DNA of 38,023 nucleotides from Acidobacteriota bacterium (GTDB lineage Bacteria > Acidobacteriota > Blastocatellia > RBC074). The notes under the pieces were generated by a model that was not told the DNA's origin, did not search any database, and was given only the letters and a program-made list of their open reading frames with translations. The stretch is taken from the NCBI GenBank assembly GCA_031418175.1, contig JANOWX010000554.1, positions 1 to 38,023 on the forward strand. The letters run 5' to 3'. Below are positions 17,878 through 26,423 of the stretch, in pieces. Made by a program: the position numbers and the translations under genes. Each line of letters starts with the position of its first letter. Position 1 is the first letter of the stretch.

Positions 17878-17886
17878 TTTTCCACG

Positions 17887-20181
17887 ATGTTCCTGCGCCG
17901 CGAAAGCACCCAAGCAATCCTCAACCTGGCCGACAGCGCGCTGCTCGGCACGGGCGGCGAAGCGCGCATTTACAGCGTGCCCAACGAACTTGACCTGGTC
18001 GCCAAAATCTATCACCAACCCGACGAGAGCTACGCGCATAAGCTGGCCGCGATGCTCGCCAATCCGCCGAAAGACCCAGCCAAAGCGCAAAACCACACCT
18101 CCATCGTCTGGCCCACTGAATTGCTGCGTTCGCTCGACGCCAAAAATCAGGTCTGCGGTTTCCTGATGGAACGCGTGCATCGTATGCGCTGTGTGATTGA
18201 TGTCTATCATCCGGGCACGCGGCGGCGGCAAGCGCCGCTGTTCAATTATTCGTACTTGCATCGCACGGCGCGCAATCTGGCGGCGGCGGTGGGCGCACTG
18301 CACGCGGGCGGTTACGTCATCGGCGATGTCAACGAATCGAATGTGCTGGTGTCGGAAACAGCGCTGGTGACGCTGGTGGATACCGATTCGTTTCAGGTGC
18401 GCGACCCGCACAGCGGCGTCGCCTATCGCTGCCCTGTCGGCAAGGCCGAATTCACGCCGCCCGAATTGCAGGGCAAAGTTTTTGCCGAGCTTGACCGCCA
18501 GCCGGAACACGATCTGTTTGGGCTGGCCGTGCTGATCTTTCAGTTGTTGATGGAAGGCACGCATCCGTTCGCCGGTGTTTATACCGGCGCGGGCGAACCG
18601 CCGCCCATCGAGGCGCGCATTCTGGCCGGGCATTTTCCTTATGGCGCGGGCAAGGGCGCGCCGTATCGCCCGATGCCCGCCGCGCCGCCGTTGGGGATGC
18701 TGACGCCGCAACTGCGGCAGTTGTTCATTCGCTGTTTTATCGAAGGCTTACGCCAGCCGCAGGCGCGGCCCAGCGCGCACGCGTGGCAGGAGGCGTTGAA
18801 AGAATCCGAAGCCGCGTTGCGCCCTTGCGCGGCGAATAGCCAGCACCTTTACGGCCAGCATCTGGCTGCCCAGCCTTTATCGGAATGCCCGTGGTGCAAA
18901 CGCGCGCGCCAACTGGGCGGGCGCGACCCCTTCCCTTCGCTGGCGGCGATCAAGCAGGGGCAGCATTTGCAGCGGCTGCCGCGCAAGGCCAGACGTGTGA
19001 TCCATCCGACCTTTGCCACGCAACGCGCGTTGACGACGCACGCGAGTTGGGCCGCGCAACAGTTGAGCGTGCCGGCTTACACGCCGGTGCTGGGGCTGCT
19101 CAATCCGCCGCCTGCCGCGCCCGCACCGACATTGTTCAACAAGCTTTGGAACACGACGCGCTTTGTGCTGACGGGTTTTATGATGGTGCTGATGCTGCAA
19201 AGTTTTTGCGCGCCGGGCATGCAAGAGTTGAGCTATGTCGCGCAACAGGGCGCCGCGCCGCCCCCGCCGCGCTTGCCGTTCACGCGCCCGCAAAAAGTGT
19301 TGACGGGACACAGCGACCGCATCTATGCGTTGGCGGTTGCGCCCGACAACCGTGTGATCGCCACCGGCAGCGCCGACCGCACGGTCAAATTGTGGGACGC
19401 GGCGAGTGGCGACTTAAAACTGACGTTGACCGGCCCGCGCGACGATCTGGCGGCGCTGGCGTTTTCGCCGGATGGCAAATTGCTTGCGGGCGGCACGGGC
19501 GATGCGGCGATTTATCTGTGGGGCACAGAGAGCGGGCAGGTAAAACGCACGTTGAATCGTCACCAGGCGATCGTGACCGCGCTGGTTTTTTCGCCGGATG
19601 GGCAAACGCTGGTTTCGTGCGGCCGCGATCAAAAGATCGTGCAATGGGATGTGCGGACGGGGCGGCCCGTGCGCGAACTGACTTGGGCTTCGCGCTGGAT
19701 GTCCACGGTGCTGTTCACGCCGGATGGGCGGCAGGTGCTGGTGGGCGACGAATACGGCGCGGTGATTGCTTTCGACGCGCAGAGCGGCGCGGTCACGCGC
19801 AATTTTGTCTGGTACGAACAGGTTGGATCGCCGACCGACCGCATCCGCGCGCTGGCGCTGTCACCCGATGGCCAACGCGTCGCTTTTGCCTTCCTGGGCC
19901 GCAAAGTCGAAATCTGGGAGCTGACAACGAAAAAACTTTTGCAGACCTTGCGCGACAGTGCGGGCATCACCAACACCGTGGCCTTTGCGCCCGATGGCCA
20001 GCGCATGCTGAGCGGCAATCACAACGGGACATTCAATCTGTGGGACTTGCAAACAGGCGCGAGCCTGCGCGCGTGGCAATCGCATACGTCGGCGGTGACG
20101 CGGCTGGCGTTCGCGCCTAATGGCAAAATGATCCTTAGCACAGCCGACGGCTCACCCTATGCGGTGAACGTGTTTGAATAG
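17887..20181 (+). CDS. Ser/Thr protein kinase (YegI/TerY-P type) + hydrophobic segment + 7-blade WD40 propeller
   Basis: Kinase motifs are [23 protein letters not shown] and LVDTDSF. The hydrophobic segment is [19 protein letters not shown] (about 19160-19215). Seven WD-like repeats run from [16 protein letters not shown]...VKLWD to the C-terminus. I chose ATG 17887 because the upstream ORF extension only translates the repeat element. Confidence 0.8.
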   Translation: MFLRRESTQAILNLADSALLGTGGEARIYSVPNELDLVAKIYHQPDESYAHKLAAMLANPPKDPAKAQNHTSIVWPTELLRSLDAKNQVCGFLMERVHRMRCVIDVYHPGTRRRQAPLFNYSYLHRTARNLAAAVGALHAGGYVIGDVNESNVLVSETALVTLVDTDSFQVRDPHSGVAYRCPVGKAEFTPPELQGKVFAELDRQPEHDLFGLAVLIFQLLMEGTHPFAGVYTGAGEPPPIEARILAGHFPYGAGKGAPYRPMPAAPPLGMLTPQLRQLFIRCFIEGLRQPQARPSAHAWQEALKESEAALRPCAANSQHLYGQHLAAQPLSECPWCKRARQLGGRDPFPSLAAIKQGQHLQRLPRKARRVIHPTFATQRALTTHASWAAQQLSVPAYTPVLGLLNPPPAAPAPTLFNKLWNTTRFVLTGFMMVLMLQSFCAPGMQELSYVAQQGAAPPPPRLPFTRPQKVLTGHSDRIYALAVAPDNRVIATGSADRTVKLWDAASGDLKLTLTGPRDDLAALAFSPDGKLLAGGTGDAAIYLWGTESGQVKRTLNRHQAIVTALVFSPDGQTLVSCGRDQKIVQWDVRTGRPVRELTWASRWMSTVLFTPDGRQVLVGDEYGAVIAFDAQSGAVTRNFVWYEQVGSPTDRIRALALSPDGQRVAFAFLGRKVEIWELTTKKLLQTLRDSAGITNTVAFAPDGQRMLSGNHNGTFNLWDLQTGASLRAWQSHTSAVTRLAFAPNGKMILSTADGSPYAVNVFE

Positions 20182-20266
20182 GCTTCTTGTGACGGCCTTC
20201 GGCGCGATGCTAAGATCGCGCTTCCCTACCACAACACCAACCCCAACGAAGGAGTACCAAGCCGCA

Positions 20267-20821
20267 ATGGCTGAAGAGAATCAGAGCGGATTCAAAGTCA
20301 CCGACCGCCGGTTGTTTAACACCGACGGTTCCCTGCGCGACGACGCGGTCATCGAAGAGGAAACCCCGGCGCCCGCGCCCATACCGCCCCCAACACCAAC
20401 GCCGGCACCAGCGGCCAAATCGTTCAGCGCCGCCGAAATCACGGGCGCGTTTTCATCCGCGCCGCCGCCGCCCACTCCGCCGCCGGTGCAGCCGAGACCT
20501 GCCCCAGCGGCCCACGTGCAATACGAACAAGCCTTCGACCCCGCTTATGACGAAGCGGCAGGCATGGGCGAAATGCCGGAGCAAACCGAATTCACCGAGT
20601 TCCTGATGCGCATCGCTTCTGAAGCGTTCATCTATCTGGGCCTTGTCGAACATCCCATGAGCGGACAGCGGCAGGTGGATTTGCCGGCGGCCAAAGAGTC
20701 CATTGACATGCTGTTGATGCTGCGCGCAAAAACAGAGGGCAACCTGACGCCGGGCGAAGCGCGTTTTTACGACGATCTCCTGGCCGATCTGAAGATGCAG
20801 TTCGTTTCGTTCAGACGCTAG
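20267..20821 (+). CDS. DUF1844-like protein with Pro-rich linker
   Basis: GAAGGAG precedes ATG 20267. The N-terminus is FKVTDRR and the C-terminus is [44 protein letters not shown]..., as in DUF1844. Confidence 0.7.
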   Translation: MAEENQSGFKVTDRRLFNTDGSLRDDAVIEEETPAPAPIPPPTPTPAPAAKSFSAAEITGAFSSAPPPPTPPPVQPRPAPAAHVQYEQAFDPAYDEAAGMGEMPEQTEFTEFLMRIASEAFIYLGLVEHPMSGQRQVDLPAAKESIDMLLMLRAKTEGNLTPGEARFYDDLLADLKMQFVSFRR

Positions 20822-20822
20822 T

Positions 20823-21018
20823 CGTTGCGGTACGCGCGAGCGGCGACCAGGTTGTCCGACAAGGCTGCCAGCTTGTCGGGGCGTGGCCGTTAAACCAATG
20901 GGCCGCTAGCCGAGACTTCGACAAGCTGGCAGCTTGTCGAACATACAAGCGACTTGGTGACTCCGCACGCTGCGCACACAAAGTCACCAGGTCGTTACCG
21001 CTCGCGCGTACCGCAACG
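20823..21018. repeat. 196-bp structured element with perfect 21-bp terminal inverted repeats and nested hairpins (family D)
   Basis: cgttgcggtacgcgcgagcgg (20823-20843) pairs with ccgctcgcgcgtaccgcaacg (20998-21018). Inner hairpins lie at 20856-20879 and 20917-20941 and are inverted copies of each other. A further stem is ggtgact/agtcacc (20955-20988). Confidence 0.8.
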
Positions 21019-21033
21019 AGCTTACCTACATCA

Positions 21034-21801
21034 ATGAAACTCACCTTACTCGGAACCGGAACCTCGGTCGGCGTGCCGATGATCGGGTGTCACTGCGAAA
21101 CGTGCACGTCCACTGACCCGCGCGACCAGCGTTTGCGCACGGGGCTGCTGGTCGAACACGCCGCGCGCCGCGTGTTGGTGGACATCTCCGCCGATTTCAG
21201 GCAACAGGCCTTGCGCCATCACATTGATAAACTCGACGCGCTGCTCATCACGCATTGCCACGCCGATCACGTCTTCGGCCTGGACGACATTCGCCCCATC
21301 AATTTCAAACACGGCGTGGTGCCGCTTTATGCCAGCGCGCGCACCTGGCGCGATTTGCGGCGCGTGTTTTACTACATCTTCGAGCGTACTTATGCTGGGG
21401 GAGGACTGCCGCAACTTGCACAACACGAATTCGACGGGCCGTTTGAAACCTGCGGGCTGGCGGTCACACCCATCCCCGTCATTCACGGCCACGGCGAAGT
21501 CACGGCGTTTCGCTTCGACGCTGACGGTGTGGCGGCGGCCTTCGTCACCGATTGCAACGAGATTTCCGCCACCTCGCTCGACCAATTGCGCGGCCTCGAT
21601 TTATTGATCCTGGATGCGTTGGGCTTGAAACCGCACCCCACGCACCTGCACTTGGAACAAACGCTGGCCTACATCGCCGACGTCAAACCGCGCCGCGCCT
21701 TGCTCACGCACATCGGCCATCAGATCAAATACGCCGAATGGAGCAAACGCCTGCCTGACGGCGTTGAGCTGGCTTATGACGGATTGCAGGTAGAGCTTTG
21801 A
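21034..21801 (+). CDS. MBL-fold metallo-hydrolase (PhnP/COG1235-like)
   Basis: The start [15 protein letters not shown], the metal motif [14 protein letters not shown] and the overall length fit the family. Confidence 0.8.
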   Translation: MKLTLLGTGTSVGVPMIGCHCETCTSTDPRDQRLRTGLLVEHAARRVLVDISADFRQQALRHHIDKLDALLITHCHADHVFGLDDIRPINFKHGVVPLYASARTWRDLRRVFYYIFERTYAGGGLPQLAQHEFDGPFETCGLAVTPIPVIHGHGEVTAFRFDADGVAAAFVTDCNEISATSLDQLRGLDLLILDALGLKPHPTHLHLEQTLAYIADVKPRRALLTHIGHQIKYAEWSKRLPDGVELAYDGLQVEL

Positions 21802-21805
21802 TGAA

Positions 21806-21878
21806 GTAGCCGGTAGTCGGTAGTCGGTAGTCAGTTCACAAGCCGGCTACCGATTACCGACTACCGGCTACCGACTAC
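21806..21878. repeat. Hairpin built from inverted arrays of the heptamer CGGTAGT
   Basis: gtagccggtagtcggtagtcggtagtc (21806-21832) pairs with ...gattaccgactaccggctac... (21842-21878). That gives 3 forward and about 4 reverse heptamers. The element ends 1 nt before the ribF ATG. Confidence 0.75.
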
Positions 21879-21879
21879 T

Positions 21880-22833
21880 ATGAATATCTTTCACGGCACA
21901 GGGCACACAGAGTTGCAACGCCCGGCAGTGACGACGTTGGGCGTCTTTGATGGTTTGCATCTGGGCCATCAGGCCATTGTGCGGACGGTCGTTGAACGCG
22001 CCTTGTTATTGGGCGCGACGCCGACGCTGATTACGTTTGACCCGCATCCGCGCCAGGTGCTGCGGCCAGACACCGCGCCGCCGCTCTTGCAGACGTTCGA
22101 TCAAAAGATGGAAGGGTTGCGGTTGCTCGGTTTGCAACAAGTCGTCGTGCTCGAGTTCACACCGGAGTTAGCCGCGCTCTCGGCTGAAGAGTTCGTGCAG
22201 CGGTTTATTTGCGACGCCCTGCAAGCGCGCGAGGTTTATCTGGGCAAGGGCTTCGCCTTTGGCCACCAGCGGCGCGGCAATATCGAATTGCTGCTGCGCC
22301 TCAGCCAGCAACTCGGCTTCCACGCCGCCGAAGTCCCCGAGGTGCAATTGCGCAACCAGCGCATCAGTTCGACCGAAGTGCGCCGCCTGTTGCAAGCGGG
22401 CCGCGTCAACGTCGCGCGCCGCATGCTGGGCCGCCCTTACGGCATCGAAGGCGTCGTCACGCGCGGCCACGGCATCGGCAAACAACTGCTTTATCCGACC
22501 GCCAACCTGGCGCTCGAAAATCGCGTGCTCCCGGCGGACGGCGTTTACGTCACGCTGACGCTGGTGGAGGGTGTGTGGCGGCGCAGCGTAACCAACATCG
22601 GCAAACGCCCGACTTTCGGCGGCGATTTGGAATCGAAGGTCGAGACGCACTTGCTTAATTTTGACGGCGATCTTTACGAGCAAACCATCCGCGTGCGCAT
22701 GCTGCATCGTTTGCGCGGCGAAAAGAAATTCAACGGCGTGGATGAATTGAAAGCGCAGATCGGGCGGGATAGGGCGCGCGCGTTGCGCTATTTTGAGGCG
22801 GCGCTGGTGCAACGAAATTTGAGCTTTTCGTAA
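21880..22833 (+). CDS. ribF: Bifunctional riboflavin kinase / FMN adenylyltransferase
   Basis: The N-terminus has [14 protein letters not shown]. The C-terminal riboflavin kinase part has [23 protein letters not shown]...GVY...RPTFGG...[12 protein letters not shown]. Confidence 0.9.
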   Translation: MNIFHGTGHTELQRPAVTTLGVFDGLHLGHQAIVRTVVERALLLGATPTLITFDPHPRQVLRPDTAPPLLQTFDQKMEGLRLLGLQQVVVLEFTPELAALSAEEFVQRFICDALQAREVYLGKGFAFGHQRRGNIELLLRLSQQLGFHAAEVPEVQLRNQRISSTEVRRLLQAGRVNVARRMLGRPYGIEGVVTRGHGIGKQLLYPTANLALENRVLPADGVYVTLTLVEGVWRRSVTNIGKRPTFGGDLESKVETHLLNFDGDLYEQTIRVRMLHRLRGEKKFNGVDELKAQIGRDRARALRYFEAALVQRNLSFS

Positions 22834-22848
22834 CTGGCTGCCTGCCCC

Positions 22849-22920
22849 AAAAAGGCGCAAAAGCCGCAAAAGAAATCAAACCAGTCAAAACGTTTTGCGT
22901 CTTTTGTGTTTTATTGCGGC
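22849..22920. terminator. Degenerate family C hairpin between convergent genes
   Basis: The right arm cgttttgcgtcttttgtgttttattgcggc (22891-22920) is closely similar to the 4072-4102 arm. The left arm gccgcaaaagaaa... pairs only imperfectly. Confidence 0.45.
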
Positions 22921-22942
22921 GGTCTCTTCGTTCACAGGCAAT

Positions 22943-23992
22943 TCACGCAGTTGCGCTGATCATCTGGCAAAACTCGACTGCGCGATTCTCGGCCCAGGCG
23001 CGATCTTCGTCAGGCTGTGCGCTGCCGCAAAACGCAACGTGCCCGCCGTGCGTGGTGGCTGCCAGATGCACATTGGCATTGGCGGTGAGGCGTTCGTCGC
23101 TGAACGAGGCAAACGGAATGAAGGGGTCATCTTGTGCCGTGATAATCAGCGTGGGCACGCGAATGTTGGGCAAATGCGGCAAGGCGCTGGCGTAGCGGTA
23201 ATAGCCCAGCGCGCCGTCAAAGCCGTTGTGATGCTGGTACGCTTCGTCCCAATCCCACAGATGTTTGATTGTTTTCAGCGGCGCGAGGTCATACACGCCG
23301 GGAAAGTGCCGCGCCTTTTCGCGTAGCGTGCGGCGCAAACTGAGCAGAAAGCGCAACTCATAAATCAGATTCTCGCGCCGCATGATCGCCCGTGAACACT
23401 GCTCCAAATCAATCGGCGGACTGATGGCCACGATGCCGCGCAGTTGCGGCGGCGCGGCGGCGCCCAATTCCCCGGCGAATTTCAGCGACTGATTGCCGCC
23501 CATCGAAAAGCCCGCCAGAAACAATTGCGGCAAGCCGTCCTGCTCGATCAATTCGCGTGTCACGTGCCGCAAATCCGTCGTCAGCCCCGAATGATAGAGC
23601 GTCGGCGTCAAGTGAATCGTGCCGCCGCAATTGCGCACGTTGAAGCGCAGCACGTTGAAGCCGGCGGCAAAGGCCTTGTCCGCCACGCCCAGCACGTAAC
23701 TCGCGGCGGCGGAACCTTCCAAGCCGTGAATCACGAGCAAGGTCGGCGCGGCCAAACGGCGCGCTTGCCAATGGCAAAAGGCCACGACCGTCGTGTGCGC
23801 TTCGGTGCTAAATTCGCGGCGTTCGGCCAGGTGCGCGCTCAGCGCAAAACGGCGCGGGCGTTTGGAGCCGAGGATGGTCATCGCGTGGGCATTGCGCAGC
23901 GGCAGCGGCGCAACGAAAGGACGCGCGGCGACACGCGCGGCAAAGGTTTGAAACAGGCTTTGCTGATTGGTTGGGGATAAGGTTTCGAGCAT
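22943..23992 (-). CDS. Alpha/beta-fold hydrolase (YheT-like)
   Basis: Nucleophile elbow [16 protein letters not shown], and the C-terminal [10 protein letters not shown] prefer ATG 23992 over the longer ORF start at 24094. Confidence 0.75.
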   Translation of the reverse strand: MLETLSPTNQQSLFQTFAARVAARPFVAPLPLRNAHAMTILGSKRPRRFALSAHLAERREFSTEAHTTVVAFCHWQARRLAAPTLLVIHGLEGSAAASYVLGVADKAFAAGFNVLRFNVRNCGGTIHLTPTLYHSGLTTDLRHVTRELIEQDGLPQLFLAGFSMGGNQSLKFAGELGAAAPPQLRGIVAISPPIDLEQCSRAIMRRENLIYELRFLLSLRRTLREKARHFPGVYDLAPLKTIKHLWDWDEAYQHHNGFDGALGYYRYASALPHLPNIRVPTLIITAQDDPFIPFASFSDERLTANANVHLAATTHGGHVAFCGSAQPDEDRAWAENRAVEFCQMISATA

Positions 23993-24176
23993 TACGTTTA
24001 CAGGAAAGACGACAAGGCCTCGACGTGCAACAGCAAGCCAAAGTGGCGCTTGCTTTTCATTGATGCCCGCGTGAAGATGCGGCACGTCACGCACAAATTA
24101 GCACGAACAATGCCCCAGCGCCCGCGTACTTGCAGCAGCACTGGCAAGCGGCATTTTTTTCAGACGAGGTTAGATC

Positions 24177-25133
24177 ATGCAGCAGACTTGTTCCAAATGC
24201 GGCGCCGTCGCCACGGTGCCTTCCAAATTCTGCCGCAACTGCGGCGGGCCACTCACCGAAAGCCCGATGACCGAAGCGCCGACGCAACAGTACGGACGGC
24301 AAACGCCTGCCAGGGAGGTGCCGCCGACATCCTCACCATTTGGCGGGCCCATTACCGGGCCGGGGCAGCCGCCACCGCCGCCCAGCGTCGCCGATGCGTT
24401 TGCGCCCGACACCGCGCGCTTACACGGTCAACAAACCGCGCCGCCGGGTGGCCAACCGTCCGGGCAAGCTTACGGCCAACCCTATGGCCAACCGCCCATG
24501 CCAGCGGCTTATCAACCAGGCAATCTGGCAGGCAATCTGGCAGGCAACCTGGCAGGCAATCCAGTCCCGTATGCAGTGCAACCGCCGCCCAAATCGAATT
24601 GGTGGAAGTGGCTGTTGGGCTTTGCGTTGGCGTCGCTGTTGGTTTGCGGCGGGTTGCTGAGCTACGCCTTCATGCGCGCCCGCGATGCGGTGCCTGAAGT
24701 GCAACGGCAAGTCGCGGAAGCGATCCAGAAAGCGCAAGAAGAAGCCGAACGTGTGGCCCGTGAAAGCGGCAACGCGCCGAGTGGTGTGCCCGGCGGTGTG
24801 CCCGCGCCGCCGCCACCGCCAGGCGGAATGCCGCAGAGCCTGGAACAATTGCGCTACCCCAACGCCGAAGAGGTCAACAAGGTTGACGCCTTCGGTCAGC
24901 AAGTGCTCAGTTTGACGACCACTGACAGTGTGGACGTGGTCAAGGCTTATTACGAAAAGCGCTTGGGCCAGACGGCGATTCAGTCACAGGAAAAAGGCCG
25001 CAAAGCCGCGGTGTTTTTCAAAGCGCCCTACATGGTCACGGTGGGTACCGAAGGCGCGGAGGCCGGGGTGACTTCGATTACGCTGGTGCGCTCCAACCTG
25101 ATTCCGCAGGTAAACCCGAAACAGTACCAATGA
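24177..25133 (+). CDS. Zinc-ribbon / Pro-Gln-rich linker / single TM / C-terminal domain protein (paralogue 1 of 3)
   Basis: MQQTCSKCGAVATVPSKFCRNCGGPL gives CxxC...CxxC. TM is WWKWLLGFALASLLVCGGLLSYAF. An in-frame 12-bp x3 repeat (GNLA)3 lies at 24519-24554. Confidence 0.7.
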   Translation: MQQTCSKCGAVATVPSKFCRNCGGPLTESPMTEAPTQQYGRQTPAREVPPTSSPFGGPITGPGQPPPPPSVADAFAPDTARLHGQQTAPPGGQPSGQAYGQPYGQPPMPAAYQPGNLAGNLAGNLAGNPVPYAVQPPPKSNWWKWLLGFALASLLVCGGLLSYAFMRARDAVPEVQRQVAEAIQKAQEEAERVARESGNAPSGVPGGVPAPPPPPGGMPQSLEQLRYPNAEEVNKVDAFGQQVLSLTTTDSVDVVKAYYEKRLGQTAIQSQEKGRKAAVFFKAPYMVTVGTEGAEAGVTSITLVRSNLIPQVNPKQYQ

Positions 25134-25214
25134 CCGGCGGCGCATAAAGCCTGAACAAAATAACCGGGCGGGCGTATGGCGCATTGTCCTGCCGGACAAA
25201 TTCAGAGATGGAAA

Positions 25215-25318
25215 TGTACAGCAAGCTTTCCAGCTTGCTGCTGGTCGGCGAGAGAATCTCAACGCAACTCTGCTTGTTTCTCCCACACGCCCCAGCAACC
25301 TGGAAAGGTTGCTGTACA
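25215..25318 (+). promoter_or_regulatory. Pair of inverted 26-nt hairpins in the leader of the second zinc-ribbon gene
   Basis: The first is tgtaCAGCAAGCTttccAGCTTGCTG (25215-25240) and the second is CAGCAACCTggaaAGGTTGCTGtaca (25293-25318). The stems differ by a compensatory G:C to C:G swap. The loops UUCC and GGAA are complementary. The element ends 17 nt before ATG 25335. Confidence 0.6.
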
Positions 25319-25334
25319 CCAGAGGTAAACGCCG

Positions 25335-26423
25335 ATGCAACACTGTTCAATCTGTCATTACGAATCACCTGAAGGCGCCAAGTTTTGCCGCCAATGCGGC
25401 GCGCCGCTTTATGCCGAATCAGAACTGTCTGGCGCCGGCACGCGCAACTATGGGCGGCAAGAGGGCGCGCCTACTCCTTCGGCCTTCTTACCGAATCCCG
25501 CGCCCAGTGTACCTCCGAGCGTAGTTGACGCCTTCGGGCCGGAGACGGCGCGCTATCCCAAAGCGCCTTCCTCCGCCGGTGTCGGCACTTCGAGTCTGCC
25601 CAACATAGCGCCGATGTATGCGCAACCTGCGCCGGTTTATATGCCGCCCGTTCACAACACCGCGCCGATCAAACCGAAGCGCAAACTGTTGAAATGGGGC
25701 GGCAGTTTGCTGTTGTTGCTGATCGCCGGCGGCATCGGCGCGGGCATCAACGAGGAATCGAATAGTGGCCGCACTTATCTTTCCGGCGAAGACCGTGCGC
25801 GGCTGGAACGGTTGCGCATTGAAGACCGCTTAACCCGCACGCTGACCAGCGCCGTCACCGAACAAAACGACCGCATTCAAGATGAGTTACGACAACGGCT
25901 GGATGATGTCGAACGCGCCAAGGAAGACGCCCGGCGCGCGGCTGAACGCGGGCTAGTTGGATTGGATGAAAAGCCGCTCGACCTGAAAGAGTTTGAATAT
26001 CCCGGCGCGGCCAGCGGCCAATACAGCCGCATCCCCGGCAAAGAACTGACGACGCTGCGCACCAGAGACGATTTCGAAACGATCGTGCAGCACTATCAAG
26101 CCAAACTCGGCCAGCCTTACGTCACACTCAACGAACGCAACAACAAACGCGCGCTTTTCCAATCCGGCGGCACGCCTTCGGCAACCGTGTTGGTGCAGGA
26201 AACCAACGACCGCAATCGAGATAAGATCAGCATCATGCGTTCGCCGTTCCGCTTCCCCAAACCGCCCGGCGTGCCGGCCAGTCAGCCCGCCGTAGTCAGC
26301 AGCGAAACGATCATCGTGACTGACGGTAAGCGGGTGCTTACCGAAAACATCCGTCCGGCGAAACCCGCGCCGCCCGCGCCCGCCGCGCCCGTCAAACCCG
26401 CGCCAGTCCCGGAGGTGCGCTGA
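25335..26423 (+). CDS. Zinc-ribbon / TM / coiled-coil / C-terminal domain protein (paralogue 2)
   Basis: MQHCSICHYESPEGAKFCRQCGAPL is the zinc ribbon. TM is WGGSLLLLLIAGGIGAGI. The C-terminal domain LDLKEFEYPGAASGQYSRIPG...IVQHYQAKLGQPY is shared with paralogue 3. Confidence 0.75.
   Translation: MQHCSICHYESPEGAKFCRQCGAPLYAESELSGAGTRNYGRQEGAPTPSAFLPNPAPSVPPSVVDAFGPETARYPKAPSSAGVGTSSLPNIAPMYAQPAPVYMPPVHNTAPIKPKRKLLKWGGSLLLLLIAGGIGAGINEESNSGRTYLSGEDRARLERLRIEDRLTRTLTSAVTEQNDRIQDELRQRLDDVERAKEDARRAAERGLVGLDEKPLDLKEFEYPGAASGQYSRIPGKELTTLRTRDDFETIVQHYQAKLGQPYVTLNERNNKRALFQSGGTPSATVLVQETNDRNRDKISIMRSPFRFPKPPGVPASQPAVVSSETIIVTDGKRVLTENIRPAKPAPPAPAAPVKPAPVPEVR

Noticed and set aside
18885-20120. 411-aa alternative-frame ORF inside the WD40 region of the kinase gene
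   Set aside because: It is on the same strand in a different frame. The translation is Arg/Ala/Gly-rich nonsense-like sequence, whereas the annotated frame gives seven regular WD40 repeats.
20811-21044. 77-aa minus-strand ORF across the family D element
   Set aside because: It lies entirely within a nested palindrome, has no RBS and has odd composition. A structured repeat explains it better.
21802-21879. Possible FMN riboswitch upstream of ribF
   Set aside because: The spacer is only 78 nt and consists of heptamer palindromes. It has none of the conserved FMN-aptamer features and is too short. ribF is also not a typical FMN-riboswitch target.
24519-24554. Short tandem repeats considered as a possible CRISPR-like or regulatory array
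   Set aside because: They are 12-bp units without spacers inside a coding region and in frame, giving (GNLA)3. They are coding microsatellites, not CRISPR. No repeat-spacer architecture occurs anywhere in the window.
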